Source: an uncultured Clostridium sp. (GTDB lineage: Bacteria > Bacillota > Clostridia > TANB77 > CAG-508). From it: 64,000 bases of DNA. The stretch lies in the NCBI GenBank assembly GCA_947567695.1, contig CANONT010000002.1, positions 23,636-87,635 on the forward strand, in the 5' to 3' direction. The notes under the pieces were generated by a model. The model had not been told where the DNA came from. It did no database searches and saw nothing but the letters and a program-made list of their open reading frames with translations. Numbering within the stretch: the first letter of the stretch is position 1; each line of letters opens with the position of its first letter. Below are positions 7,001 through 16,554 of the stretch, piece by piece. Position numbers and translations under genes: made by a program.

Positions 7001-9757
7001 TTACTGATTTTTGCCACAGCAATTTTTGTATTTCTTCCCACTTCCACATGGACAAGGATCATTTCTACCAACTTTTGGTCCTTCATTGCGGATTGTTTTA
7101 TCAACATCTGTTCCTATCTTAGCACCGCCATCTACACTATGAATAGCCTCTAAAGCTGCACCTGTAATCTTAACAGTCTCTTGTCTTTTAGCATCTCCCC
7201 CTTGTCTAATATGCATCAATATTTTAGTAACATCGATTTTAATATCATTTACCATTTCATCGAACATATCAAAACCTTCTAATCGATATTGAACAACAGG
7301 ATCTTTTTGACCATAAGCACGTAAGCCGATACCATTTTTCAATTCGTCCATGCTGTCAATGTGGTTCATCCATTTTTCGTCAACCACTTTAAGCATAACG
7401 ACTCTTTCCAACTCTCTCATTTCGTCAGTGCCAATTTCTTGTTCTTTTTCAGCGTAGATTTCCATTGCCTTTTTCTTTAATTCTTCCGAAATAGCATCTG
7501 AATCGTTTTGGTTTTTCTTAATATCGTCTAACATGTCAATACCGAAAATGTTGATGATTTCGGTATTTAGAGACTCTACATTTAACTCAGAAGTTTCGAT
7601 ATTAATGAACATATCAACAATGTTATCTGCTATGGATTCCATCATAGAAATAATATTGTCGTGAATATTTTCTCCGTCTAACACTTGTCTTCTTTGCTTG
7701 TAAATAATTTCTCTTTGAGCATTCATAACATCATCATATTTTAATACATTTTTACGAATACTAAAGTTTCTACCTTCTACCTTCTTTTGAGCATTTTCGA
7801 CAGCATTTGATATAATTTTAGAATCAATTGGCATATTTTCATCTGCCCCTAATGTATTGTATACTCTAGTAATGGCATCTCCACCAAATATTTTCATCAA
7901 ATCATCGTCTAATCCAATGTAAAATTTCGATTCACCATTATCTCCTTGACGTCCAGAACGTCCACGTAACTGATTGTCAATTCTTCTAGATTCATGCCTT
8001 TCAGTACCAATGATTTTTAAACCACCGCTAGCGATAACTTTTTCTTTTTCTTCTTTGATTTGTTCGTCATATTTTTTCACTAAATTTCTAAAATCTTCTC
8101 TTGCTTTTACAATATCTTGATTGTCTGTTTCATAGTAAGTATCAGCTTCTTCAATTAATTCATGAGCAACTTTATTTTTTCTCATTTCTTCTTTGGCTAA
8201 GAATTCACTATTTCCACCAAGCATAATGTCAGTACCACGTCCAGCCATATTAGTTGCTATCGTAACAGCTCCCATTTTTCCGGCTTGTGCTACAATTTCA
8301 GCTTCCTTTTCGTGATATTTTGCATTTAATACTTCATGCTGAATTCCTTCTTTTTTCAATAATTGGCTTAATTTTTCTGATTTTTCAATGGAAACCGTAC
8401 CAACTAATACAGGTTGTCCTTTTTCATGACTCTTTTTAATATTTTCTACGATTGCTCTAAATTTAGCATTTTCATTTTTGTAAATCACATCATTTTGATC
8501 GTCACGAATCATAGGCTTATTGGTTGGAATTTCGATTACGTCTAAATTGTAGATTTCCTCGAATTCGCCTTCTTCTGTCATAGCAGTACCAGTCATACCA
8601 GATAATTTGTCATACATTCTAAAGAAGTTTTGGAAGGTAATGGTGGCTAATGTTTTAGATTCATCTGCAATCTTTACATTTTCTTTCGCTTCAATCGCTT
8701 GATGTAAACCATTGTTGTATCTTCTACCATACATGATACGTCCTGTAAACTCGTCAACAATTAATACTTCTCCATCTTTTACAATGTAGTCAATGTCTTT
8801 TTTCATGACACCATGAGCTCGTAATGCTTGATTGACATGGTGTACTAAAGTTGAATTTTCTAAATCATTGAAGTTTTCAAGCCCAAAAGTTTCTTCTGCT
8901 TTTTTAATTCCTTTTTGTGTTAAAGAAGCAGATTTAGCTTTTAAGTCAACAATGTAATCATATTTTTCATTATCTTCTGCTTGGTTATAATCTTTAATAT
9001 CTTCTTCTACAATAATTTTAGGTGATAAGTTTTTAACAAAGTTGTTAGCTTTTCGATATAAATCAGAAGATTCATTGGCTCTACCAGATATGATTAGAGG
9101 CGTACGTGCTTCATCGATTAAAATACTATCAATTTCGTCAACGATCGCATAGTGTAATCCTCTTTGTACTAATTGGTTTTGATAAATAACCATATTATCT
9201 CTCAAATAGTCGAATCCAAATTCATTGTTAGTACCATAAGTTACGTCTGCATTGTAAGCGTCTTGTTTTTCTTGTGGTTCCATGCCAGCAATTACTAAGC
9301 CAACAGATAGTCCTAAAAATTTATATAATTTTCCCATCCATTCACTGTCTCTTTTAGCTAGATAATCGTTAACAGTAATAACATGAACTCCTTTTCCTTC
9401 TAAGGCATTTAAGTAAACTGGCAAGGTTGCTACTAAGGTTTTTCCTTCTCCTGTTTTCATTTCTGCGATTCTTCCTTGATGTAAGATGATTCCACCAATT
9501 AGTTGGACATCAAAGTGCCTCATGCCTAATACTCTTTTGGATGCTTCTCTTACAACTGCAAAGGCTTCTGGTAAGATATCGTCTAGCGTTTTTCCTTCTT
9601 CTAATTGTTTCTTGAAATAATCGGTTTTTCCTCTTAATTCACTATCACTTAATTTTGCCATTTCTTCTTCTAATCCATTGATTTTTTCTACTAATGGCAT
9701 GATTCTTTTTACTTCTTTTTCACTATATGATTTGAAAATTTTGTTTAAGATACTCAT
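7001..9757 (-). CDS. secA: preprotein translocase subunit SecA
   Basis: 918 aa. N-terminus [23 protein letters not shown]-like motor motifs are present. The C-terminal zinc finger reads [35 protein letters not shown] before the ATG at 9757. Confidence 0.95.
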   Translation of the reverse strand: MSILNKIFKSYSEKEVKRIMPLVEKINGLEEEMAKLSDSELRGKTDYFKKQLEEGKTLDDILPEAFAVVREASKRVLGMRHFDVQLIGGIILHQGRIAEMKTGEGKTLVATLPVYLNALEGKGVHVITVNDYLAKRDSEWMGKLYKFLGLSVGLVIAGMEPQEKQDAYNADVTYGTNNEFGFDYLRDNMVIYQNQLVQRGLHYAIVDEIDSILIDEARTPLIISGRANESSDLYRKANNFVKNLSPKIIVEEDIKDYNQAEDNEKYDYIVDLKAKSASLTQKGIKKAEETFGLENFNDLENSTLVHHVNQALRAHGVMKKDIDYIVKDGEVLIVDEFTGRIMYGRRYNNGLHQAIEAKENVKIADESKTLATITFQNFFRMYDKLSGMTGTAMTEEGEFEEIYNLDVIEIPTNKPMIRDDQNDVIYKNENAKFRAIVENIKKSHEKGQPVLVGTVSIEKSEKLSQLLKKEGIQHEVLNAKYHEKEAEIVAQAGKMGAVTIATNMAGRGTDIMLGGNSEFLAKEEMRKNKVAHELIEEADTYYETDNQDIVKAREDFRNLVKKYDEQIKEEKEKVIASGGLKIIGTERHESRRIDNQLRGRSGRQGDNGESKFYIGLDDDLMKIFGGDAITRVYNTLGADENMPIDSKIISNAVENAQKKVEGRNFSIRKNVLKYDDVMNAQREIIYKQRRQVLDGENIHDNIISMMESIADNIVDMFINIETSELNVESLNTEIINIFGIDMLDDIKKNQNDSDAISEELKKKAMEIYAEKEQEIGTDEMRELERVVMLKVVDEKWMNHIDSMDELKNGIGLRAYGQKDPVVQYRLEGFDMFDEMVNDIKIDVTKILMHIRQGGDAKRQETVKITGAALEAIHSVDGGAKIGTDVDKTIRNEGPKVGRNDPCPCGSGKKYKNCCGKNQ

Positions 9758-9905
9758 TTTTGTATTCCTTCCTCCTAGGTTAATTTATATTTTTACTTCG
9801 TTACTATATCACTAAAGTTGCTTTTTAGCAAGTGTTTTTGGAAAAAATTGTTACAAGTCATTATAAGGTTTATATTTTAACAAAATGGATTCAATTTGAA
9901 AAAAA

Positions 9906-9946
9906 CCTTACCCCATAAAATTCATGAGATAAGGTAAAAAATCATA
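9906..9946. repeat. copy 1 of a ~41-bp duplicated gene-3'-end/hairpin sequence (second copy at 11999-12039)
   Basis: CCTTACCCCATAAAATTCATGAGATAAGGTAAAAAATCATA versus CCTTATCCCATAAATTTTATGAGATAAGGTAAAAAATCATA. Contains an inverted repeat CCTTATCCCATA / TATGAGATAAGG. On the minus strand it encodes YDFLPYLMNFMG-stop. Confidence 0.5.
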
Positions 9947-10297
9947 GGTATGATACATACAAACAAAAAATTGGTCGTATGCCTTTTGACCTTGCAAATC
10001 TATGTTGTATTCCCAATATACATTTTCGCCTCTGTAACAACCTTTCAGAAAAAATTTTTCTAAAACCTTTTTCTGAAGACTGGCTGTTATGATACAAATA
10101 ATCCATAACACACCTGAAATCGGAAACAATTTCATGCTAATATTGTAAAACATATCATAATGATCACTAATATCTGTTCCAAATATTCTAATATAAAAAG
10201 CAAGAACAGATATACTAAAGGCAAAAAGAATATTTGTAATAAGTACAACATAAAAAATCCATCTTAATATTCGATAGCCTATTATTAATTTTTTCAC
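9908..10297 (-). CDS. hypothetical integral membrane protein
   Basis: 129 aa with 3 predicted TM segments. Its last 12 codons plus stop are duplicated as a remnant at 11999-12039. Confidence 0.4.
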   Translation of the reverse strand: MKKLIIGYRILRWIFYVVLITNILFAFSISVLAFYIRIFGTDISDHYDMFYNISMKLFPISGVLWIICIITASLQKKVLEKFFLKGCYRGENVYWEYNIDLQGQKAYDQFFVCMYHTYDFLPYLMNFMG

Positions 10298-10481
10298 TAT
10301 TTTACACCCTCCTTAATTAAAAAGAATATCGTTCTACTATGATTTTTTCAAAAAAGATTATAATTGCCTTATGGAAATTTTATATAATAATTTTATAAGA
10401 ATCCTTTTTTATTTCATGAATATTTTCTCTCTTTTCACATAAATTCTAGTAAAAGTATTATAAATAGAAAAGAGGAACATT

Positions 10482-11030
10482 ATGTTTGTATATAACGTTA
10501 AAATTAATGGAAGCAAAACCTTTAAATATTTCTTTATAGGAGTGGTTATTCTTGTTATTATCATAGTTGGAATAGTAAGCTTCAAAGTATTTCATGGAGC
10601 AAGTAATTCTCATGAAAGTTCATCTTGCCTACCGCAAAATAGAGTTGCAAAATTAACAACTGCTAATTATACCAACATATTAAAAACCGTTCATGAAAAT
10701 ATAGATGATTATGTAGGGCTTCAGATTAATTTTACAGGATATGTTTATCGTGTATTAGATTTGAAGGAAAATCAATTTGTATTAGCAAGAAATATGATTG
10801 TTTCTTCTGATTTTCAATCTGTTGTGGTTGGTTTTTTGTGTGAGTGTGAAAATGCCAAAGATTTTGAAAATGATACTTGGGTAGAAGTAACTGGAAAAAT
10901 TATTAAAAGCGATTATCATGGTGATATGCCAATTGTTAAAGTGACAGAAATGAAGAAAGTTAATAAACCAAGCGAAGAGTTTGTATATCCGCCCGATGAA
11001 AGCTATATTCCAACAAGCGGACTACTTTGA
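10482..11030 (+). CDS. hypothetical membrane-anchored protein
   Basis: 182 aa with an N-terminal TM anchor (FFIGVVILVIIIVGIVSF) followed by a soluble domain. RBS AAGAGGAA precedes the ATG. Confidence 0.45.
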   Translation: MFVYNVKINGSKTFKYFFIGVVILVIIIVGIVSFKVFHGASNSHESSSCLPQNRVAKLTTANYTNILKTVHENIDDYVGLQINFTGYVYRVLDLKENQFVLARNMIVSSDFQSVVVGFLCECENAKDFENDTWVEVTGKIIKSDYHGDMPIVKVTEMKKVNKPSEEFVYPPDESYIPTSGLL

Positions 11031-11038
11031 TAAATTCA

Positions 11039-11854
11039 TTAAAGAGTTTTTAAAAAAGCTGTAATTTTATCTACATAGAATAATTGATAACCAATGGTTG
11101 TAGGGTGAATGCCATCGTGATCATTTTGAGTATATTCTTTATAAATAGGCAATTCTGTATTAAAGCAACTTTCTGTTGATAAATCTATAAAAGGAATCGA
11201 ATACTTATTTAAAACAATTTTTATAGCTTGATAATAATCATTAAAAGTTAAACCAATAGAGTTTTTTGTTTTAAAAGTATCATTTATTTTGTGATTAATA
11301 ACAAAACCTATTTTTTGACCATTTGTAAATTTTCCTAATAAATTTCTGCAAAGTAATTCTAAGCCTCCATAGAAAGTGTCACTATTAATACTAGCAGTCA
11401 TATTTTCTGTAATCGAACCTAAAGGAACACTATTGGCGTAATCATTAATTCCACCACCAACTAAAATATAATCATTGTTATTATTAAGGTTAAGAACAGA
11501 TTGACAAATCCAATGGCGATTTTCTCCTGTTTTTCTATAAGTGGTACCTGTAGCAATGGTAGCTCCTCCCTTGGCAATATTATTTAAATTTGACATTTTG
11601 TTATTATCACAAATTTGTTGCGTGTAGGTGGTGTCATTGCTACAAAATGCTGTCAAACTGTCACCATCAGCTCCTAAATTTTTATGAAACAAGACATTGT
11701 TGGAATTTAAAATTTCTTCTTCTGATACAGCCATTACTGCCTTTTCTTCGTCTTGTATGATTTTATATCCTAATATTCCTCCCATAGCAATTATTAAAAT
11801 AACTAAAATAATAATTAATATTTTTATACCTGCTTCTCCTTTTTGAGCTTTCAT
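11039..11854 (-). CDS. SGNH/GDSL-family hydrolase with N-terminal signal anchor
   Basis: GADGDSLTAF (block I with the catalytic Ser), GGGINDY (block III) and DGIHPT (block V His) match SGNH hydrolase blocks. N-terminal TM segment ILIIILVILIIAMGGILGY. Confidence 0.6.
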   Translation of the reverse strand: MKAQKGEAGIKILIIILVILIIAMGGILGYKIIQDEEKAVMAVSEEEILNSNNVLFHKNLGADGDSLTAFCSNDTTYTQQICDNNKMSNLNNIAKGGATIATGTTYRKTGENRHWICQSVLNLNNNNDYILVGGGINDYANSVPLGSITENMTASINSDTFYGGLELLCRNLLGKFTNGQKIGFVINHKINDTFKTKNSIGLTFNDYYQAIKIVLNKYSIPFIDLSTESCFNTELPIYKEYTQNDHDGIHPTTIGYQLFYVDKITAFLKTL

Positions 11855-11998
11855 GTTATTTCCTCCTTTTTAACTTTAATTTTTTTCTAATTTTGTAGTT
11901 TATGTTATTCAATTATAATATTGTTTATATCATATTTTACATTTTTTGTAAAGCTGTTATAAAAATAAAATATGTTTCCATTGCTAAAAATCGAAAAG

Positions 11999-12039
11999 CC
12001 CTTATCCCATAAATTTTATGAGATAAGGTAAAAAATCAT
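11999..12039. repeat. copy 2 of the duplicated 3'-end/hairpin sequence; remnant of a deleted paralog of the 9908-10297 gene
   Basis: Minus-strand reading gives YDFLPYLIKFMG-stop but no intact ORF upstream. The upstream-region motif TATTTCATGAACATTTCTCT (12133-12152) also matches 10403-10422, consistent with an internal deletion of a duplicated gene. Confidence 0.45.
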
Positions 12040-12266
12040 AGAATTAACATGAAGCTAAAATTATAAAATTTCAATATATTCTTCTAATACTACTATATTT
12101 GAAATTGGAATATCTTTTATTTCATATTTATCTTCTGTTATTTCATGAACATTTCTCTTATTTATTTTTATAGAAAAATACACATGGGAAACTTAAATCT
12201 ATCATTTCTTTACTTTTGCACCAAAACATGATAAAATAATACAAATTTATTATGGAGGTAAAACAA

Positions 12267-13802
12267 GTGAAAAATGAATTAATATTAATCTTAGACTTTG
12301 GAGGACAATACAATCAACTAATTGCAAGACGAGTAAGAGAATGTAACGTTTATTCTGAAGTAGTACCTTATAACCTATCCATTGAAGAAATCAAACAAAA
12401 AAATCCAAAAGGAATTATCTTTACAGGAGGACCAGCTAGTGTATATGAAGAAGGAGCTCCAAGATGTGCAGAAGGGATTTTTGACCTAGGAATCCCTATA
12501 CTTGGCATTTGTTATGGTATGCAATTAATGACCTATACATTAGGTGGAAAAGTAGCAAAAGCAAATAAGCGTGAATATGGAACAACCGATGTTGCAATTG
12601 ACAACTCTTCCCTACTTTTGCAAGGATTTGAAACCACGAATCCATTTTTAATGAGTCATACCGTTTATGTAGAGGCTGTACCAGAAGGATTTAGGAACAT
12701 TGGATCTACCCCATCTTGTCCAAATGCAGCAATGGAAAATGCAGAAAAGAAGCTTTATGGAATTCAATTTCATCCAGAAGTAAATAATTCTGTTAATGGA
12801 ATTCAAGTCATCCAAAATTTCTTATTTAACATTTGTAACTGTACAGGAGATTGGTTAATTAGTTCTTTTACACAAGAAACCATTCAAAAATTAAAAGAAA
12901 AGGTAGGAGACAAAAAAGCCCTATGTGCATTATCAGGTGGCGTTGATTCTTCTGTGGCAGCTGTTCTACTTTCCAAAGCGATCGGTAAAAACTTAACTTG
13001 TATCTTTGTTGACCATGGACTTCTTCGTAAAAACGAAGGAGATGAAGTCGAAGAAATTTTTAGAAATCAATTTGACATCAATTTAATTAGAGTCAACGCT
13101 AAAGATCGATTTTTAGAAAAATTAGCTGATGTCTGTGACCCAGAAACCAAAAGAAAAATCATTGGAGAAGAATTTATACGAGTATTTGAAGAAGAAGCAA
13201 AAAAAATCGGAACCGTTGACTTTCTAATACAAGGAACCATTTATCCTGATGTCATCGAAAGTGGTTTAGGAAAAAGCTCTGTCATAAAAAGCCATCATAA
13301 TGTAGGAGGACTTCCTGACTATGTAGATTTTAAAGAAATTATAGAACCACTAAGAGATTTATTCAAAGACGAAGTTAGAAAAACAGGCTTAGAATTAGGA
13401 ATTCCAGAAAACTTAGTATATCGTCAACCCTTCCCTGGACCAGGACTTGCAATTCGAGTTATTGGAGCTATTACAGACGACAAACTAAACATATTAAAAG
13501 AGGCAGACAGTATCTTTAGAGAAGAAATCGCTAACGCAGGATTACACAAAAATATTAATCAATATTTCGCTGTGCTAACCAATTTGAAATCAGTCGGTGT
13601 TATGGGAGATGAAAGAACTTATGATTACACTATAGCCCTAAGAGCTGTTGAAACAACAGACTTTATGACTGGTGTTTGGAGCAAAATTCCTTATGAAATA
13701 TTAGAAAAAGTATCTTCACGTATTGTAAATGAAGTAAACCATGTTAATCGAGTGGTATATGACATCACCTCTAAACCACCAGCAACCATTGAGTGGGAAT
13801 AA
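12267..13802 (+). CDS. guaA: GMP synthase (glutamine-hydrolysing)
   Basis: GATase-1 domain ([21 protein letters not shown], catalytic GICYGMQ), the ATP-pyrophosphatase motif SGGVDSSV and the C-terminal dimerisation domain ending PPATIEWE. The likely start is the GTG at 12267, 8 nt after GGAGG (track ORF starts at ATG 12252, inside the RBS). Confidence 0.9.
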   Translation: MKNELILILDFGGQYNQLIARRVRECNVYSEVVPYNLSIEEIKQKNPKGIIFTGGPASVYEEGAPRCAEGIFDLGIPILGICYGMQLMTYTLGGKVAKANKREYGTTDVAIDNSSLLLQGFETTNPFLMSHTVYVEAVPEGFRNIGSTPSCPNAAMENAEKKLYGIQFHPEVNNSVNGIQVIQNFLFNICNCTGDWLISSFTQETIQKLKEKVGDKKALCALSGGVDSSVAAVLLSKAIGKNLTCIFVDHGLLRKNEGDEVEEIFRNQFDINLIRVNAKDRFLEKLADVCDPETKRKIIGEEFIRVFEEEAKKIGTVDFLIQGTIYPDVIESGLGKSSVIKSHHNVGGLPDYVDFKEIIEPLRDLFKDEVRKTGLELGIPENLVYRQPFPGPGLAIRVIGAITDDKLNILKEADSIFREEIANAGLHKNINQYFAVLTNLKSVGVMGDERTYDYTIALRAVETTDFMTGVWSKIPYEILEKVSSRIVNEVNHVNRVVYDITSKPPATIEWE

Positions 13803-13803
13803 T

Positions 13804-13930
13804 GTGCAATGGGGACGTTTCTTTTCGCACATGGTGAGGGGGAGCAAGTCTCCTTCTTCCATTTGGTATAAATGACGAATGCGACTTGCTCCTCCCTCAC
13901 CATGTGCAAAAAGAAACGTCCCCATTGCAC
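13804..13930. repeat. 127-bp near-perfect palindrome (47-bp stem, 1 mismatch, ~32-nt loop) between convergent guaA and the AI-2E transporter gene; each arm carries the hairpin unit TGTGCAATGGGGACGTTTCTTTTCGCACA
   Basis: Left arm 13804-13850 (TGTGCAATGGGGACGTTTCTTTTCGCACATGGTGAGGGGGAGCAAGTC). Right arm 13883-13930 is its reverse complement except for one base. The same unit recurs at 36056-36085 and 37154-37182. Confidence 0.7.
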
Positions 13931-13931
13931 A

Positions 13932-15029
13932 TCATCTTCTGTCAAAAATTGTTTTGAAAACTCCTCGATCGATTAAACTAGCAAAGATATTTTTGAATAT
14001 AATGAGTACAATCGGTCCAATTAGCAATCCCATGATGCCAATTACTTTGAAACCAGTGTACATAGCAATTAAAGTAAAGATTGGGTGAACACCTATGTTT
14101 TTACTGACTAGTTTAGGTTCTAATACTTGCCTAGCAACTGACATGATAATGAGTAAAACAATGATAGCGATTCCTAAGTTAAAGTCTCCATTAATAGCAC
14201 AAATGACTGCCCAAGGAACCATGACGGTTCCTGAACCAAGGATCGGAAGGGCATCGACAAATCCTATGAATAATGCCATTAATAAAGGATATTGTATATT
14301 AAATCCTGTAAATTGCAAAATATATAGTCCAATTAAGGATATAATGAAAGAAATAAGAATTAAGGTAGCCTCTGCTTTTAAATAACCTCCTAATGTTTGA
14401 ATTAAATCCTGTAAATGGCTCCCTATTTTTTTGACCCATACTTTTGGCAAGTGATGTTCAATCTGATCTAATATATAAATTTTGTCAACACAGATGAAAT
14501 ATAAGGCAACGACTGTGATACCAATACAAATAGCAATGGATGGTAAACTAGTTACTAGGTTGATTAATCCCGTTAAAGAGTTTCTTAGCCAATTGGAAAC
14601 AGTTTCTAGTATATCTCCTGTGGAATTTTGAACTACATTTAATATTTCATTTGATAAATGAATTTTATCGAAATCAAATCGATTCATCAATGCCTGAAAT
14701 TGTATGTAGGCTTTATCAAAATAATCGTTTAAACTTTGTAATAGACTAGAAGATTCGGAAAATAAAGTGATTAAAATCCAAGCTAAACTTCCTAGAATAA
14801 TGACTGAAACTATGGCAAAAATAAGGATAGAACTAGTCCTTCTGCTTAATTTTGTTTTTTTCATAATCCATTTGATCGCTGGTTCTACCATAAGTGATAT
14901 GACGAATGCAATCAAAAATGGCATATAGAAAATAGAAAGTCTCAGAGCGAGATATAATCCCAACAAAAGTAAAACTACATATAATAGGTTTTTAACAACC
15001 CTTGTCCAATAGGCAACATCAATAATCAT
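13932..15029 (-). CDS. AI-2E family transporter (PerM/YtvI-like, UPF0118)
   Basis: 365 aa, about 8 TM segments. Overall similarity to AI-2E family permeases (central GLYLALRLS...PILGSG...GLLIGPIVL pattern). RBS GGAGGGAAGAG precedes the ATG. Confidence 0.65.
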   Translation of the reverse strand: MIIDVAYWTRVVKNLLYVVLLLLGLYLALRLSIFYMPFLIAFVISLMVEPAIKWIMKKTKLSRRTSSILIFAIVSVIILGSLAWILITLFSESSSLLQSLNDYFDKAYIQFQALMNRFDFDKIHLSNEILNVVQNSTGDILETVSNWLRNSLTGLINLVTSLPSIAICIGITVVALYFICVDKIYILDQIEHHLPKVWVKKIGSHLQDLIQTLGGYLKAEATLILISFIISLIGLYILQFTGFNIQYPLLMALFIGFVDALPILGSGTVMVPWAVICAINGDFNLGIAIIVLLIIMSVARQVLEPKLVSKNIGVHPIFTLIAMYTGFKVIGIMGLLIGPIVLIIFKNIFASLIDRGVFKTIFDRR

Positions 15030-15097
15030 TCTCTTCCCTCCTAGTTTATTCTATGTAAAAGAACGGAATCTTATCCGTTCTTTCCTAAATATTTGGA

Positions 15098-15562
15098 TTA
15101 TTCTGCATTTTTATGCTCATGGCAATTACAAATATTTTCGATGGTGTTGCATACTTCTTGTTTTCCTAATTCTCTATCATTTTGTGCTAAATTACCTAAT
15201 GTCAAAATTCCTACTACTTTATTGTTTTGATCACAGACTGGTAGTCTTCTAATTTGATTTTGAGACATTTTGCTTTCTGCGTTTGACATTTCTTCCTCTT
15301 CTGTACAAGTACATACATTGCAAGTCATAACATCACTAACTGCACAAGTTTTTGTGTCTTTTTCACAAGCGACAGCACGAAGTAAAATATCTCGATCTGT
15401 TACAATTCCACAAATACAGTTATTGTCGTCACATACAGGTATACATCCAACATGATTTTCACTCATTAATTTGGCTACTTGATTTAAATTGGTATCTGGT
15501 TTTACACAACATACATCATTACACATACATTCTTTTACTTTCATTGTTTTACCACCTTTCAA
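15098..15562 (-). CDS. CBS-domain pair protein with Cys-rich insertions
   Basis: Two CBS-like segments (VKECM..DVCCVKPDTNLNQVAKLMSENHVGCIPVCD and CAVSDVMTCNVCTCTEE...RRLPVCDQNNKVVGILTLGNL). The true start may be the internal Met (MKVKECM). Confidence 0.5.
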   Translation of the reverse strand: MKGGKTMKVKECMCNDVCCVKPDTNLNQVAKLMSENHVGCIPVCDDNNCICGIVTDRDILLRAVACEKDTKTCAVSDVMTCNVCTCTEEEEMSNAESKMSQNQIRRLPVCDQNNKVVGILTLGNLAQNDRELGKQEVCNTIENICNCHEHKNAE

Positions 15563-15645
15563 AAGTTCTCATTTTTATTTTTCGCAGAATAAAAAAATAT
15601 ATGCAAAAATTAATTTGCATATATGGAATTTTTTGGAAAAAAGTA

Positions 15646-15674
15646 TTGACTTTTTTAGAAATCTTTGCTATATT
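15646..15674 (+). promoter_or_regulatory. strong sigma-A promoter upstream of tRNA-Asp (TTGACT -17 bp- TATATT)
   Basis: tTTGACTtttttagaaatctttgcTATATTatt. Predicted TSS near 15681, about 30 nt before the mature tRNA 5' end. Confidence 0.5.
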
Positions 15675-15711
15675 ATTACTACATTATGTTTTTTTTGAGC
15701 TTGTTTTTTAG

Positions 15712-15783
15712 GCTCGAGTTAGTCCCGAAGGTTCAGCGGTTGAACAACTGATTGTCACTCAGCAAGACGCGGGTTCGAATCCC
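15712..15783 (+). tRNA. tRNA-Asp (anticodon GTC), 72 nt, no encoded CCA
   Basis: Manual cloverleaf, as follows. Acceptor GTCCCGA/TCGGGAC. D-stem GTTC/GAAC with loop AGCGGTT. Anticodon stem ACTGA/TCAGC with loop TTGTCAC (anticodon GTC). Variable AAGAC. T-arm GCGGG-TTCGAAT-CCCGC. Discriminator G. Position 8 is A rather than the usual U. A weak hairpin follows at 15787-15812. Confidence 0.8.
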
Positions 15784-15881
15784 GCTCGGGACGTTCTTGT
15801 AGAATTGTTTTTTTCTACAAGTCTTACATATGCAGAAAGTGGTCGTGCTTGGTTTTATCACAGGTAGGGTCACTTTCATTT

Positions 15882-16484
15882 TTATTCATAAATATCCTCA
15901 AAATAGTCGCTTCTTGGCATAATTGGTGGTCTTCCTCCTGGTCTGCCTGGACCTCCTGGGAATGGTGGTCTCATTGGTGGTCTGTTAGGTGGAAATGGTG
16001 GACGATTTCCTGGAAATCTCCCTGGTCTTCCTAATAATTCTCGAATTAATAAGATTCTGATTAAATCTTGTAATCCTCGATTTCTAAATTGTCTATCTTC
16101 TCCCCTATTTTGTGGAACTTCTTTGACTTTTTCTGCTTGTGTACGATTTGATGTATTGCGATTTGCCGTCGATTGCACTTCATTTGTTAAGTTAATATTG
16201 ATGTTAATTTCTGTATCATTTTCAACAGCTGCGTAAATTTCATCTGTCAATTCATCAATCAATTGTGATGTGATTGGCTTGGTATTACTAGTACATGCTT
16301 TGTTTACCATGGGATAGACTACTTTATAAATTTCTGGATAACAAGCTTCTAATTGCCTATTGGTTTCATCGTTTCTCTGGCTCACCATATTAGTATTGTA
16401 ATCATTTTCGCAACAATTATTAAAACTATAATTGGGATATCCTAAAATGCTCCTTATGTACTCTTCATATGATTCGTTATGCAT
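15882..16484 (-). CDS. hypothetical protein with Pro/Gly/Arg-rich C-terminal tail
   Basis: 200 aa. C-terminus GRPGRFPGNRPPFPPNRPPMRPPFPGGPGRPGGRPPIMP. Could be a spore-coat-type low-complexity protein; no family assigned. Confidence 0.4.
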   Translation of the reverse strand: MHNESYEEYIRSILGYPNYSFNNCCENDYNTNMVSQRNDETNRQLEACYPEIYKVVYPMVNKACTSNTKPITSQLIDELTDEIYAAVENDTEINININLTNEVQSTANRNTSNRTQAEKVKEVPQNRGEDRQFRNRGLQDLIRILLIRELLGRPGRFPGNRPPFPPNRPPMRPPFPGGPGRPGGRPPIMPRSDYFEDIYE

Positions 16485-16554
16485 ATCATAACCTCCTTCA
16501 TAAAATTATTTCTAAGTATATTTTATGAAAAAGAGTTTGAAGTGTGACAAAGAT

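Noticed and set aside
13691-14088. Three overlapping ORFs (13691-13945 -, 13716-13925 -, 13879-14088 +) spanning the guaA downstream region
   Set aside because: They are read straight through the 127-bp palindrome. Their mirrored peptide segments (HMVREEQVA... / ...[15 protein letters not shown]) are a direct consequence of the inverted repeat, not coding sequence.
15712-15783. tRNA-Asp as the integration site of the phage-like element
   Set aside because: The integrase is 9 kb away on the other side of secA, guaA and other core genes. No integrase or direct repeat flanks the tRNA.
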